DNA from: Podarcis vaucheri
Taxonomy: Eukaryota
DNA: 64,000 nt
Reading direction: 5' to 3' (one strand)
Assembly (NCBI GenBank): GCA_965113315.1
Contig: OZ220367.1
Position 1 is the stretch's first letter, and each line of letters opens with the position of its first letter. The translations under genes were made by a program, and so were the position numbers. Below, in pieces: positions 11,337-24,818 of the stretch. The notes under the pieces are model-generated. The model was not told the DNA's origin and searched no databases. It saw only the letters and a list, made by a program, of their open reading frames with translations.

Positions 11337-12385
11337 TATTGATATTTGAAATGGATTATATTATATTATATTACATTATATTATATTATATTAGTTCTTC
11401 GTCTCATGTATTGTGAGCTGCTTGTGGGAAAGTGGCATATAAATAAACTAACGAGTAATGAATGAATTGTAGAATCCTAATAGCTAAGAATGAATCTCCA
11501 TCTTTGGAATGAGATACCCATCACAACATGGAAATATCCCTCCAGCTAAGGAGAGAGAAAAAACAACTTTCCATTTGATTGGACAAAAATAACAAAAAAC
11601 AAGTAGAGTGAGTGAGATGAGAATTGTAGTTGGGGTTAGATAAACTCAGCTGCAACTTTTTGGGAGTTGTATCTACTCTCTGGGAATCTGCTAGAACACC
11701 CACAGATTTGCTATTACTGAATAAGTACCTATTTGCTTCCACTATTCTCTTCTTATAAAGCAAACCTACTATGAAGACCCTACAAGTCTGTTGTTCTCTC
11801 TCGTCAGCACTTAGAAGGGGGGAATGTATTAAAGTGAAGTGAAATTCCTTTTTCCATTCAGCAACAATCTGCCCCAGCCAGGTATCAAAAGTTTAGGAAG
11901 TACTTGTTTGGAATATACTCGTAGCAAATAATAGGAAAAACATTCCAAATATGATTAAAATGAATGCATTTATTTTAAAAGCCTCATCCAGAGAAGCAGC
12001 ATTAAATTACTTTGATGCACTAACGCAGAATTACTTGGGACTTAGATATGGGATATAAGCTCAGTTACCATAACTTAGTATTCACAGTACATAATTTTAG
12101 TTGATCACAGTCTAACCAAATGTATATTTAATCTTAATCCTTTAGCTGCCTTGGGTAGCTGGCAAATTGATAAAACAAGATCCAGAGACAAATTACAAAA
12201 TTGTGTTCCTGGAAAATAGGTTTCCATATATTAAAAAGCTTGTGAAATCACTGGAGTTGATTTTGTTATGCATATTATTTAATGGTCAATAATGGGTTTA
12301 AAGGAGTGCTACTTTTATGGGCTTATTATACACTTGAATGGAAGCATCTAAGGGGAAACTGAAACTGGAAAGAAGATGGAACTTT

Positions 12386-12585
12386 TGTTTGAAAGCACGT
12401 CAAAGTGCAAGTAGATAAATAGGTACCGCTCCAGCGGGAAGGTAAACGGCGTTTCTGTGCGCTGCTCTGGTTCGCCAGAAGCGGCTTAGTCATGCTGGGC
12501 ACATGACCCGGAAGCTGTACGCCGGCTCCCTCGGCCAATAATGCAAGATGACTGGACCTAATGGTCAGGGGTCCCTTTACCTTTT
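12386..12585 (+). mobile_element. Sauria SINE, 5'-truncated
   Basis: gtagataaataggtaccgct...catgacccggaagctg...ggtccctttacctttt. Confidence 0.9.
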
Positions 12586-12766
12586 TAAGTCATGTGAAAT
12601 CAGTTGGGCAGGTAAAATGATAACATTTCACAATTTATTTATTAAAAAAATAACGTACTAGGAGCATGCAAGCCCCTGGATTTATCAAGGTTCTCCAGGC
12701 AGGCTTTAAACCAGAATCCCTGACCAGAATCTGGTCTAACATATCTCACTGGAACTAATGATTTAG

Positions 12767-13010
12767 AATCATAGAACTCTATGGTAGGGCTGGAAGGAGT
12801 ATTGAAGACCACCTACTTCAATCCCTTACTCAATGAAGGATCTACAATGCTGGATGAAACTGAAGCATCCCTCGCAGATGGACATCCTGCCTCTGCTTAA
12901 ATACCTCCAGAGCCCACCATTTCCTGAAGCAATCTGTCCAGATTTCTACTTTGCTAAGCTGAAAATGTGCTTCCTTGCCATTGGCTCCTAGTATCCATTG
13001 GGTCCCTGAC
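12767..13010 (-). mobile_element. CR1 LINE 3' fragment
   Basis: atcatagaa tail, gggctggaagg...tcctgcctctgcttaaatacctccag, as in CR1 3' regions (reverse strand). Confidence 0.6.
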
Positions 13011-14489
13011 CTACCCTCTTGTTCAAGGGTCGCCAGTGTGGCCCATGAGGCCTTTCTCTGGTCTCACAGTGTCCCCTCCCTTGCCTCTCATCTACTGAAG
13101 CTCAGAAATGAACAGCAGCTCACAAAGAGGTAGCGCTGGAGTTAAATATAGTTCACAAGAACAAAGAAGAGTCATTTACTCATATACTGATAATATCCCT
13201 TGAGGGATAAGAATGTGCCAAAGTGTGAGAAATATAAATTCTCTACAAAATAAAAATGTGCCCTAACTCTACCAGCTGTCTCCTCAGCCTGTGAAGCAAG
13301 ACACTTTCTGCTACAGTTCCTATAATTCCTATTTCAACTGGGGTTTTTTTAAAATATATAATGCAAATGAGCTTGCGCCACCTGAGGTGAGACTAATTAA
13401 AATGTTAAATGTGACTTTAAGTGTGGTGTCTTCTACTACTTCATCATGTTACATATTACAACCATCACTCGCTTAACTCAAAGCTGTCTTCCCGCTGGTT
13501 AACAGCCATCTGTAGTAACAGAGACAGAACTTTATGAGCCCATGAGTAGAATCTGAGCTGCATTTAGCAATGATTAATGAGTATCATTTCTATTGAAAAG
13601 GGGGTGAGGGATGCAAAGAAGATTATCTTTGAAGAATGTTAAAATGGCAATGTCAGCGAGGAAAACAACATGGCCAGAATTTCTTGGTGATAAAGTGCCA
13701 ATCCTTCTGAAGCCTTTCACTGTGACTTTTTGGGACTGACAGCTTTTGGGTACTAAGGGGCTTGCAGAGTAAATATGCCTGGCATTTACTTGAGCAGGGA
13801 CAAGATTCACATCAACTCAAAGGAGGCTGTGTAAAAAAATTAAAATAATTAAAGGTCCTCAGGAAATTCCAGGCTATATCAAAAAGCTTGTTGCATACAA
13901 TTTGGCTGCTATTTATAGCACATGAATTGATTGCAAGTGAGAATTATTCCAATTATCAATTAAATAGCACATTGGGGTACAAAATCTATACCATTGTTTT
14001 GTGTATTTGTGAGCAATTGTTTCCATTCTAAAGTTGGGGGAACTGGAACTTAGAAATACTAGGCATTTGGGTGGACAGTTACACATTCCCAAACAAGAGG
14101 AAGTGCATTATGTGAAAGGATAGCAAAAGAAGACACATAATTGCATATGTGGATAGAAGCAAATTTTGAAATAATGAGTACTCTAATTTAAATATCAGTA
14201 CAATGCATCTCACCATATTGGGGAAACTGACCAATTGAATCTGCTGTCCAAGATGCTAACTATTTATGGGCAACTTCAAGGCTTCATACATTTCTTTATT
14301 TTTAAATGAAATGTGGATTGGAGAGTCAATCAATCAACTTTGCTGCAGTTTAGATACCTTCAAATTGACCAGTAAGCCAGTCAAACAATCCAAGATTTGG
14401 GATACACTGAACACAACATAAATGCAAAAGATCTACACACCATTGCTCTTGACACATAGCACTTCTCAGTGTGATTTGGATAAACTTCC

Positions 14490-15080
14490 CTTGTATTTAT
14501 AGTGACAAATGATGTTTTGCCATTTTTAATGTCATCTAGTTATTAATATCGGTCAATAGGAAAGATACAGAAAATATTGAAAGAGTGTCCCCCTGTAAGG
14601 AGTTAATAAGAGGGGATAAATAGCTGCCATAAATCCTTCTACAATATGCAGACTGAATGGTGCATGTACCACCAGTTCAACCACCAAAGGACCACAAGGA
14701 TGAATCGATCACCCCATGGCAGTCCTCTGAAACGCACATCCACTGCAGCTGATGGAAATATATGTAGCCAATCCAGAATAAAAGATCTACAATATTTAGG
14801 AACTATGTAAGTCCATAAGTTATTTAGCTGCTGGTAAATAGAGAACTGCCATCTGACAGCCCTTCAAATACACAATGGTCCTCTGTAAAGTAGAGCGTGT
14901 GGTGACCTTGCTCAGGTAGAAAAGATCTGAATCAATGTCTTCTGGAATACTCCAGTGCATGTGATGTCAAGTTTTCTGACTATAATTCACTTATATAGTC
15001 CACTATAATTCTCTATATCTAAACTTTTCGGCAATATAAATGGTTCATCGGTTACCCATGTACTATGCACAACACTCATA
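14490..15080 (-). mobile_element. Ancient non-LTR retrotransposon C-terminal fragment (RTE-X-like, clade uncertain)
   Basis: Manual translation across frameshifts: VPKYCRSFILDWLHIFPSAAVDVRFRGLPWGDR..PCG..VE...H....C...KDL...I.PL...SFLLTD.....KMAK, resembling a LINE ORF2 C-terminal zinc-knuckle region. Confidence 0.55.
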
Positions 15081-15782
15081 TATAGCAAATGGCTGGCCAC
15101 CCCTGGCCACGGGTCAGATGCTGCCATTTGCTAAGTACTAAACATATGAGATTTACGCATTATATAATTGGTACTACACAGTCTCCTGCTCGTGTGTGGC
15201 CAGTTCTGGGTCTTTGCTTTGCAATCCAAATTTACAGTGTAGCAGTAATATTTTTGTACAAGCTGTCAGGTCTCATGCTTGCATAGGTCTATGGGAAAAT
15301 ATCACAACCTATTATTCAGAGGGAGCAATAGGTTCTCCTTGGCAGACAAACCACTTTGTGTTAGGGCTTTCTTCCTTTTTCTAAAATATTTCAACACCAA
15401 CACTGCACTTCCCCATTGGAGGAGGCCATGTCACTGTGGGGTTTAAAGTATAATGCATCTTCTCATCTGGCAAACCAGCAAGAGGAGAATCGCACCCCAT
15501 CGGTTGCCTTCTTTATCATAGCTGCCTCAGACCATCCAAGTGTGGCCCACCCCACTCTTTTGGTAAAGCCTTTGTCAAGAAAGGTGGGAGAGTTAAGGGG
15601 TGGAGGGACTTCTGATCCCATACAGACGCTTAAACTCACCTCAGAGTAGCTGTGCTTTCTGTATCATTCTAACAAGTGAAAAGGAGCGTTTTGCCACATG
15701 TAAGGCTTGGTACTCATTTTAAGTAAATTCAAATTAAGTTAATTCAATGTAGCCACTACTGCGTTAGCACCATCACGTGGGG

Positions 15783-16187
15783 CAGCGATGTCCAATTGGT
15801 CGACCACGATCGACAGGTAGATGTTGATGTGAATGAATGTCTCTGCCGCCTGCCCCCTCGCTCTGTCCCTCTGTCACGTCCAATGGGAAGTCGTTTGTCG
15901 TCTAGTGCTGGCAGTTGGGGATACGGTAGCTGGCTTTAGTGATGCCTTCATGTTTTAGTGGCAGGTTTTTAGGTGAGCGATTTATGTCATTCCCCCATAA
16001 AAAAACTGAACAACTCTTGGGAATCCTCTCCCAAAATAGGTGACCAACTCTTGGCTCTCCCCCCTAAAAAAAAGTTCAACTATTGGCAATCATCCCCTCC
16101 TGCCCACCCCAATGTCAATGGGTAGATCACTGACTTTTTTTATATACTGGGAGTAGATCGCAGTCTCTTGGGAGTTGGACATGCCTG
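15783..16187. mobile_element. Non-autonomous hAT element
   Basis: TIR cagcgatgtccaa / ttggacatgcctg. TSD acgtgggg/atgtaggg. gtagatc subterminal repeats. Related to 17939-18183. Confidence 0.8.
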
Positions 16188-16296
16188 ATGTAGGGCATCC
16201 AAAAGTCAAATGAGCAGCACTGCATCTGCTACTGAACTAGGGGCATCCCGTTTGGCTGCACTGAATGAAATTCCCAAGCTAGTGCCGTCCAGATGT

Positions 16297-16544
16297 GCCA
16301 GTGTGGTGTAGTGGTTAAGAGCAGTAGACTCGTAATCTGGGGAACTGAGTTCGCGTCTCCGCTCCTCCACGTGCAGCTGCTGGGTGACCTTGGGCTAGTC
16401 ACACTTCTTTGAAGTCTCTCAGCCCCACTCACCTCACAGAGTGTTTGTTGTGGGGGAGGAAGGGAAAAGAGAATGTTAGCCGCTTTGAGACTCCTTCAGG
16501 TAGTGATAAAGTGGGATATCAAATCCAAACTCTTCTTCTTCTTC
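16297..16544 (+). mobile_element. tRNA-derived SINE (MIR/Squam3-like)
   Basis: Near-identical to 4461-4719. (ttc)n tail. Confidence 0.85.
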
Positions 16545-17938
16545 AACAATCCCCACCTGATCAATAGCCATGTTGGCTGCGACTGGTGGGAGTTCTAGTT
16601 CCAAATATCTGAAGGGCACCATCTTGGGAAGGTAACTCTAGCTCTATTGAACACAAGCTCATTTCTTGACCACTATGATGATACTTATTTCAATAGCATT
16701 CCATATTTGATAGTCCACAAAAGAACAGAATGAAAGCTCTGCTCCAAAAGACTTACAACGGCAGCAAACTGCCAGGCTATTCATTTTATGATGGAATACA
16801 TGTATTGCGGTAACTAGCCTTTTAAGTTTGGGGCAATTAATAAGATCCTGAATAAACAAAGAATACATTTTCAAAAATCCCAACAAAGGAAAATCTTTGT
16901 TCCTTTTAATCCACTTGGATACAAGTACTTTTTTAAAAAAGAAAGAAAGAAAAGGATGTAGCTCGACTTTCTGTATTCCTTAAAGGGCATTTTATCGGAG
17001 AATTAAATATTTCACTTTCTTAATGCTCGTGGTTTTTATATTTGGATTTACTAAAGAGAGGCATACATTAAAGATAATGAAGAGGCATTGCCATTTCAAA
17101 CCACTACATTTTCAATGCTATTCTATTGCAGTCACCGTCGCTCTGGAGAATGACAGCTATTAGACTGCAGGTGTGAATATAATAGAGCCTTCTCTGAAGA
17201 TAACATTAAGGGTGCAAAAAAAAAAGTTGTTGTAAAACTTCACCTCTTTTGTCTTCTATTGTGTGGTTGCCATTCAAAAGAATCCATAATTGGCTAAATT
17301 CTGCCCAAAGTGCCACTCATCTAGTGTGGCACAAACCTCCTTGGGAAAGATGCTTTTGCCCAGGAGTGATCTCTATAGAGAGCTTTGGAAAGCCACAGAA
17401 GCGTGTCATTATTTCAAGTATGTGTTTTATTTGTGATCTAATCAAGGCTGTGCATCTCAAAACTCTATAAATTAACACACTTATTAGGCTCATGAATAGC
17501 TACAGGCTGCCTGACACATTCACTGAAATTTCTCCATTTAAATGTAAATGTCGCCAGCCCAGTTGAGATTTGACTGAATTTCTCTACAGAATAAGGGACA
17601 GAAAAGACGAGACATTAAAAAGTGAGGGGGGGACCCACAAAGGTCAAATATATGCATAAAAATTAAAAGAGGAAAAGGCTGTTTTGGACAGCCTAAAGTT
17701 ACTGCATGAATATTAGATCTGCCTCAAAGCTGGGAAATGACAGGACTCCCTGATGGTCCACAAGCTCTTCTCTTTCACAGGATAACATTCCTCTTAACAG
17801 GCCACCCAGCTTTCAGGCACTTAGCAAACTATGGGCTGGATCTATAGCTAGAGATGGGAGAGGAGGATTAAATTGTAATATCACACATTACATTTAAAGG
17901 CGAAGCTATCTAATTATCCATTTCCCAAAACTATAAAT

Positions 17939-18183
17939 CAGGCATGTCCAACAGGTAGATCGTGATCTACTGGTAGATCACTGGATGTCCGTGGTAGATC
18001 ACTGGTAGATCATTGGCTCCTCCCAAAGAAGCTGAACAACTGTGGCTCCCCTAAAAAAAGCTCAGCATTCTACCTCCTCCCTGAAAAACTCAACAACTTT
18101 GACCTGAACCCCCCAAAAGTGGATCACTTCCAGTTTTTAACTCTGTGAGTAAATCGCAGTCTCTTGGGAGTTGGCCACCCCTG
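17939..18183. mobile_element. Non-autonomous hAT element
   Basis: TIR caggcatgtccaac / gttggccacccctg. TSD ctataaat/ctatacat. Repeated ggtagatc. Confidence 0.85.
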
Positions 18184-18510
18184 CTATACATGAACCGAAG
18201 CACAGCCATCCTTTGACATTCACACTGAATTTTGTTGTGCAGTTCTCCAGCCCAAGTAACATGTACAAAAATGCATATACTATGCCAAAATGTGCATAAA
18301 AATACGTATTTTGGTGAAAATAACATGTGAAAAGGAATGAGGCTAGGGAGCATAGTTTTGTGTGAATTTGGTGAAATTACATGCAAATGTGCATGTAAGG
18401 GAAAAAATACTGATTAAATTTTATGACGATTTTTAAGTTGCAAACTGAATTTAAGACTGGAAAGATTAGAAACCGGGAGAAAATGAAATTGACAGATTTG
18501 TCCCTCCTTA
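18184..18510 (+). mobile_element. Old AT-rich TIR element (family of 48401-48823), partial
   Basis: aaaaatgcata repeats. Ends tgacagatttgtccctcctta. Confidence 0.6.
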
Positions 18511-19599
18511 ATCCAGACTGAGGGATCACAACTGTAATTCTCTGTGATCACCCCCTTCCTAATGTTCATGATTCTAGCAAAGCTGGATTCCCAGTTGGCT
18601 GGGACATAAGAGGGTTTTTTCCCTTTCACGCTGCAAGTGGCTCAGCTGCCCACCCTCTCCTTGAAGCTTCAGGCTAAGACCTTTGTTATTATTTTGCGAA
18701 ACTTGTAGTTTGGGTTGTTTGTCTCCTTGCTTTTTCTACTGATTAGTTGTTGATTGCCCACCTGTCAGTCACCTGATGTCACAAGTTGGAGGAAATAGCC
18801 TCGTGGGCCAATCTGGAATCCATGCTGGACCAAAGGAGGCCCACGGCCTGGGTGCTCCCCACCCCTGCTATGGACCAATGAATCAATAGGAGCAAGTGAC
18901 GTTCTCTTCTGCTCGCGCATGTCTTCCTTTTTATTGCATAAAGAGGAATAATGACTGCAATGCTGTCTGAGGGTGCACAACAAACAGCTTTGCAATTTTC
19001 CCATACCTCGCCTTGTTTTTTCTATTTAATGAGCAGCACAAGCTGTTTATTGCTTTGCTTTGTCCGCCACAATGAACATTAGCCTTTAATTAAATAATGG
19101 TGGTTTTTTTCTATAAGACTCATAAAAGAGAGAATAAAAACCAGGTGTGTGTGAAGCTTAGACTACCAGCAGGCTCATTAATCACAATCACAAGTTTTAG
19201 GAGTTGTGTTTTGAGCTTTGAATGTGAAGACCTCATAGTCTACCAGCAGCCCACGTTCAATGCTGCCACACTTGGTTCTTGAGTATGAGGTCTGCTTATC
19301 GCCATCACCTAAAACCCATCTTAGAATGGGTTGGGAATGCCAGTGCCCTCATCTTGTGCGACACTCCAGGGTTGATTTGATTGGCAATGAGTCTCCTGAT
19401 TGGCTCTTCCTGGTGAGGATACCCAAAAATAGCAGGGGCAGCAACAGCAGAAGGCACCATGCTCCAATGAGCACAAGGTCTGAAAGTCATCACCATTTTA
19501 ATTTCTCAAAATGTAGCATTGCTCCAGGGCATTGTGGGAAATGCTAACTGCTAGAATCAGCCACCGAGCACCCATCAGAACTCAGGGGAGGGGCACGTT

Positions 19600-19745
19600 A
19601 GAAAACATCCGAAAGCAGCTCTATTTAGGGAAGTTTTTAATGTTTGATGTTTTATTGTGTTTTTAATATTCTGTTGGGAGCCACCCAGAGGGGCTGGGGA
19701 GGCCCGGCCAGATGGGCGGGGTATAAGCAATACATTTATATTATA
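19600..19745 (+). mobile_element. L2-type 3' end fragment
   Basis: Same terminal motif as 8232-8332. Confidence 0.75.
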
Positions 19746-20346
19746 TTGTTGTTGTTTTAAAGGAGGGCAGAGCAATAGTTGGTAGTGGTCTGTGAGTGGA
19801 TGCTAGCATCTTCTCAAGCAAGACATGTCACGATGCTAGGTTTGGTAAATTCACACATTATAGTTTACACTATATTCTGATACAACTATTAATTCTTGCC
19901 TTGGAAAAGGGAACGTAATATGAGAACTAGCTTTGCAGTATGTCTCCTTTCCATCTCTTCTCCCATAGATTAAGGGCTTATTTGCACTGTCTCAAAATTC
20001 ACCTTGTAGGCTGCCTGTTCCTGCATGAACTACATGACATTTCCACCGTCCTGTTTTCCTACAGTTAAAATCCATTTTTTCCTAAATGGTAGGAACACAA
20101 AAAGGTTTTCTAAACTGATTACATGTCACTGAAGCACATAACGTGTGTTTGCCATATCATGGGCTTTGGGGCTCCCTTTTTTTTTTTTTTTTTTTTTTGC
20201 TTATGCCATGTTCCCTTTAACTCATCCTCTGTGCTGCTCCCACGACCATGCCACCCAACCTCAGTCTTTCTCAATTCATTACTTTCTCGTTGTTGCCATT
20301 GTTCATTTCCAGGTGCAACTGTCTCTCCTTTCTGGGTGGATTTACC

Positions 20347-20500
20347 TAGTACTTTTTTTCTTTAAAAAAATGTTTAGTGGTACTCTTTTTTCCTACTCAT
20401 ATTGAAATACTGCCCCTCAATGAGGCCAAACTTAGATTCACAAAATGTTTAGGGTATGCTTACCCCTGCGTCCCGTCCCCCCCCCAGAAAAAAAGCACTG
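20347..20500. mobile_element. hAT MITE
   Basis: Perfect TSD gatttacc (20339-20346, 20501-20508). TIR tagtactttttttct / agaaaaaaagcactg. Related to 30449-30973 in reverse orientation. Confidence 0.85.
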
Positions 20501-20525
20501 GATTTACCTGGCAGTAACTCTCTCT

Positions 20526-21910
20526 GCACACTCAATATGCCAGCAAGTTTGGAAAACTCAGCAGTGGCCAGAGGATTGGAGAAGATCAGTCTACATCCCA
20601 ATCCCAAAGAAGGGCAGTGCCAAAGAATGCTCCAACTACTGCACAATTGCACTCATTTCACACGCTAGCAAGGTTATGCTTAAAATTCTACAAGGAAGGC
20701 TCAAGCAGTATGTGGACCGAGAACTCCCAGAAGTGCAAGCTGGATTTAGAAGAGGCAGAGGAACCAGAGACCAAATTGCAAACATGCGCTGGATTATGGA
20801 GAAAGCTAGAGAGTTCCAGAAAGACATCTACTTTTGCTTCATTGACTATGCAAAAGCCTTTGACTGTGTCGACCACAGCAAACTATGGCAAGTTCTTGAA
20901 GAAATGGGAGTGCCTGATCACCTCATCTGTCTCCTGAGAAATCTCTATGTGGGACAAGAAGCTACAGTTAGAACTGGATATGGAACAACTGATTGGTTCA
21001 AAATTGGGAAAGGAATACGGCAAGGCTGCTTGTTTATTTAACTTATATGCAGAATTCATCATGCGAAAGGCTGGGCTGGATGAATCCCAAGCTGGAATTA
21101 AGATTGCCAGAAGAAATATCAACAACCTCAGATATGCAGATGACACAACCTTGATGGCAGAAAGTGAGGAGGAATTAAAGAACCTTTTAATGAGGCTGAA
21201 AGAGGAGAGTGCAAAATATGGTCTGAAGCTCAACATCAAAAAAACGAAGATCATGGCCACTGGGCCCATCACCTCCTGGCAAATAGAAGGGGAAGAAATG
21301 GAGGCAGTGAGAGATTTTACATTCTTGGGCTCCATGATCACTGCAGATGGTGACAGCAGTCACGAAATTAAAAGACGCCTGCTCCTTGGGAGAAAGGCAA
21401 TGGAAAACCTAGACAGCATCTTAAAAAGCAGAGACATCACCTTGCCAACAAAGGTTCGTATAGTTAAAGCCATGGTTTTCCCAGTAGTGATGTATGGAAG
21501 TGAGAGCTGGAGCATAAAGAAGGCTGATCGCTGAAGAATTGATGCTTTTGAATTATGGTGCTGGAGGAAACTCTTGAGAGTCCCATGGACTGCAAGATCA
21601 AACGCATCCATTCTTAAGGAAATTAGCCCTGAGTGCTCACTGGAAGGACAGATCGTGAAGCTGAGGCTCCAATACTTTGGCCACCTCATGAGAAGAGAAG
21701 ACTCCCTGGAAAAGACCCTGATGTTGGGGGGAAATGAGGGCACAAGGAGAAGGGGACGACAGAGGACGAGATGGTTGGACAGTGTTCTTGAAGCTACAAA
21801 CATGAGTCTGACCAAACTGCAGGAGACAGTGGACTGCCTGGCGTGCTCTGGTCCATGGGGTCACGAAGAGTCGGACACGACTAAATGACTAAACAACAAC
21901 AACAACAACA
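20526..21910 (+). mobile_element. BovB (RTE) LINE, 5'-truncated, RT pseudogene
   Basis: RT motifs QAGFRRGRGTRDQI, FIDYAKAFD, G.RQGC and YADD (21133-21144). Frameshifting deletion near 21030, TGA at 21532-21534, (CAA)n tail, 10-bp TSD aactctctct (20516-20525, 21911-21920). Confidence 0.97.
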
Positions 21911-22094
21911 AACTCTCTCTACTGTGTAGGAGTGCCTGGGACTGAGTTCCTGGCACAACAAGCCCAAAGCCCTGTCCTCTCTCCCTACTCCTTCAACTTG
22001 TAAAAGCTTTGCTGCTCTCTCATTACTTCAGTGTGTGCCGGTAGCTTCCACTTTCCCCAGCAGCCCAAGAACCTGCATGCAAGAAGCAAGGCAA

Positions 22095-22185
22095 CTGTTT
22101 TTCACAGTTTTTCACAGTTTTTCCATAATTTTCCACAGTTTTTCACACAGTTTTTCAGTTTTTCACAATTTTTCACAGTTTTTTT
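22095..22185. repeat. Imperfect 10-bp tandem repeat (gtttttcaca)n
   Basis: About 9 degenerate units, seen directly. Confidence 0.9.
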
Positions 22186-22549
22186 CCATATTTTTCGCTC
22201 TATAAGACACACCCGACCATAAGACGCACCTAGTTCTAGAGGAGGAGAACAAGAAAAAAAATGTTCTCTCCCTCTCTGCGCAGCGCCTCTCCAGCAAAGC
22301 GGGAGGAGAAATGGAAGGGGCAATGTGAAGCCTCCTGAGCACTGTGGGAGTGCTCCCGCTGCGCTCAGGAGGCTTCGGGCGGCTATCCCTGAAGCCAGGA
22401 GAGCAAGAGGGATTGGTGCGCACCAATCACTCTTGCTGTCCTGGCTTCAGCAAAAGCTGTGCAGCCTGCATTCGCTCCATAAGAAGCACACACATTTCCC
22501 CTTACTTTTTAGGAGGGGGAAAGTGTGTCTTACAGAGTGAAAAATATGG
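22186..22549. mobile_element. Tc2/pogo-like MITE
   Basis: TIR ccatatttttcgctctataagacacac / gtgtgtcttacagagtgaaaaatatgg|TA. Same family as 37715-38445. Confidence 0.85.
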
Positions 22550-23262
22550 TAGTTAGAGTGGAACTCTTTACTTAGTGGGGCTTACTTCTGAGTAGGAGTT
22601 CCTGAGACTTGGTTATTAGTTGTGTTAGTCAGTAAGGAACAGAGTGTGGATTTTCCTTTATTCACTGAGGTGAGGTGTTGTGAAAGAATGACAGATACAC
22701 AAACCCTGAAACACATCACGTGCTCTTCCCCCATCTATGGCAAGGTATCATAATATGGCAAAAGCTTTCCCACCAGAAAACAACCCATGGCGATGATTCA
22801 CTTATTCCTGGTACTGTCACTGTGGAGCAACATCACTATGAAGTTTAGTCGGAGCATAGCAGCAATCTTACGGCAGGGAGGGAGAAAAGCAAGTAGAACA
22901 CATGTGTTTTCCTTGTTTCTGCTGGAAACAGTGATAGAAGGGAGTGTCAGTAGGTTTTATGGGCTGCAGTTTTGAAATGAGAAGCAGGATTCTAGGTCCA
23001 ACATACAAACAAACAAAGCTTGTGGAACAATGGAATGTGAGAATAGCAATGGTATGGAACCATGGAGGACACACAATGGATTCGAAAATGTAGCTATTCA
23101 AAGGCAGTGTGCAAGAGATTTATAATAGTACAAATGGAGTAATTGCACCATGGTCCATACCAGCAAGGGCCCCAATTTGAGGTTTTGCTGGGATTGTGAT
23201 TAAATATTCCTGATCTACCTACAGTATATACCTAACACATTACTTTTTGCATCTAGATCTTG

Positions 23263-23665
23263 GATGATAAGAACATGACAAGCCTGAAAGAAGAAACCGT
23301 TGACATTTCCATTCCACCTTAAGGAACAGGCATGAGATTGTTGTGTGTCACATGTCTGTTTACATTCCACCACAGTATGCTGGGAACTTCTGTTTGTGTA
23401 CAGCTTTTGCTTTTGCTGTTCTCTCTCAGACAACACGAGAGAGAGACGACATGTTTCTTTGTTCTGATTTATGTTTAATAAACCTGTAGTTAAATTATGA
23501 CTTCACAAGCCTCACGCCTATTCTGTGTGTGCAGTACACTCTGCTAATAGCATGCCCTAGCTTCTGAAGCCCAGGTCGCTGATTTACTTCGGAGCACAGG
23601 CTGATGGATGGAGACGGCACAGCTGGAACTTATCAGCCGGCCTCCCAGCCCTCTGCATGTCAACA
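23263..23665 (+). mobile_element. Possible decayed solo LTR
   Basis: tga...caaca ends, pyrimidine tract followed by aataaa near 23477. No TSD found. Confidence 0.35.
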
Positions 23666-24630
23666 GAAACAACCCACCCACTCCAGGATTCTAGCAGCAG
23701 CCAGGTGATGCTTAGGGATATGAAGTTATATTCTCTAACTATCCTGGCCAGTAGGGTTTGACGGTCTCCTTAAATAATGAATCGAGTATAAGGGGATAAA
23801 TGTGTTATATAGTAGTTAATTCTAACAGCATTGCACCAAAAGCTATTAGAGTAACACAACACAACTTTTGTTTAATTCATAACATACACAAGCAGTGCTT
23901 TGTTATTTCGAAAGACCAAAGATATTATTTTATTGCTTATTTTCCCCTTCAATTTGTTGTATCTAGATGATGACTGGCTAATTTATGCACAGTTGCTTTA
24001 AAAGCAAGTCCACTTCCCATTTAATTGCATTCCGTTGCAATCCATCTGTTGACAAGCCTGTGTGTTGTGCTGTTTATTTGCTAATGCAATCCTCTCCTAC
24101 AGCCTGATCAGTCATACACATCAATTCTTTTATTATAAAAGCACTGCAGGATAATTAAAATACAGATGTATGGCCAGTGGGACTAGGTATTTATTTGCAG
24201 CCCTGGCCACAATGACCTGATTATTGCTTCTTCATGGAGAGTGAATCAAAATATTTAGGGTTTGATCCAATCTGCCATGGGCTCAATATGTGTGGGTGGA
24301 GGGGCATGCAGTGTTGTACATGCTGGGCCTGCAACTAGCTTTTATGGGAAACAAGAAGCCTGCGTGCCCTTCTCCATATCCCCAAACAGGCTGCCACATC
24401 TGCTTGGCCAAGGTGTTCGTCAGCACTTTGGGTGGATCTTGGTGCTCTTTCCCCAAAGCCACAACAACAGAGGCAACCAAGAGAGGCATGCTGAAGTTTT
24501 CAGGGCATGCTAAATCTGTGAGACAAGTATTTCCTCCAGCTCTCTTCCAGACCTACTGCTTCTCCCAATTTCCCCTCAACACTGTATCCCGTTAGACTAG
24601 GGGGGGAAGTAGACACCCTTCCCTTAGGCT

Positions 24631-24818
24631 GAACACAGAAAGCTGCCTTATACCAAGTCATTGACCTATCTAGCTTAGTACTGTCTACACGTCAGACAGA
24701 CAGCAGCTCTCCAGGGCTTCAGGTGGCATTTGCAATCCTAGGTCGAGATGCTGGGGATGGAACCCGGGACCTGCTGCATACAAAGCTGGTGCTTAACCAC
24801 AGAGCTATGGCGCTTCCC
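24631..24818 (-). mobile_element. tRNA-derived SINE (Squam2-like, ~185 bp)
   Basis: Reverse complement: gggaagcgccatagctctgtggttaagc...gggttccatcccc...gtataaggcagctttc. Confidence 0.75.
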
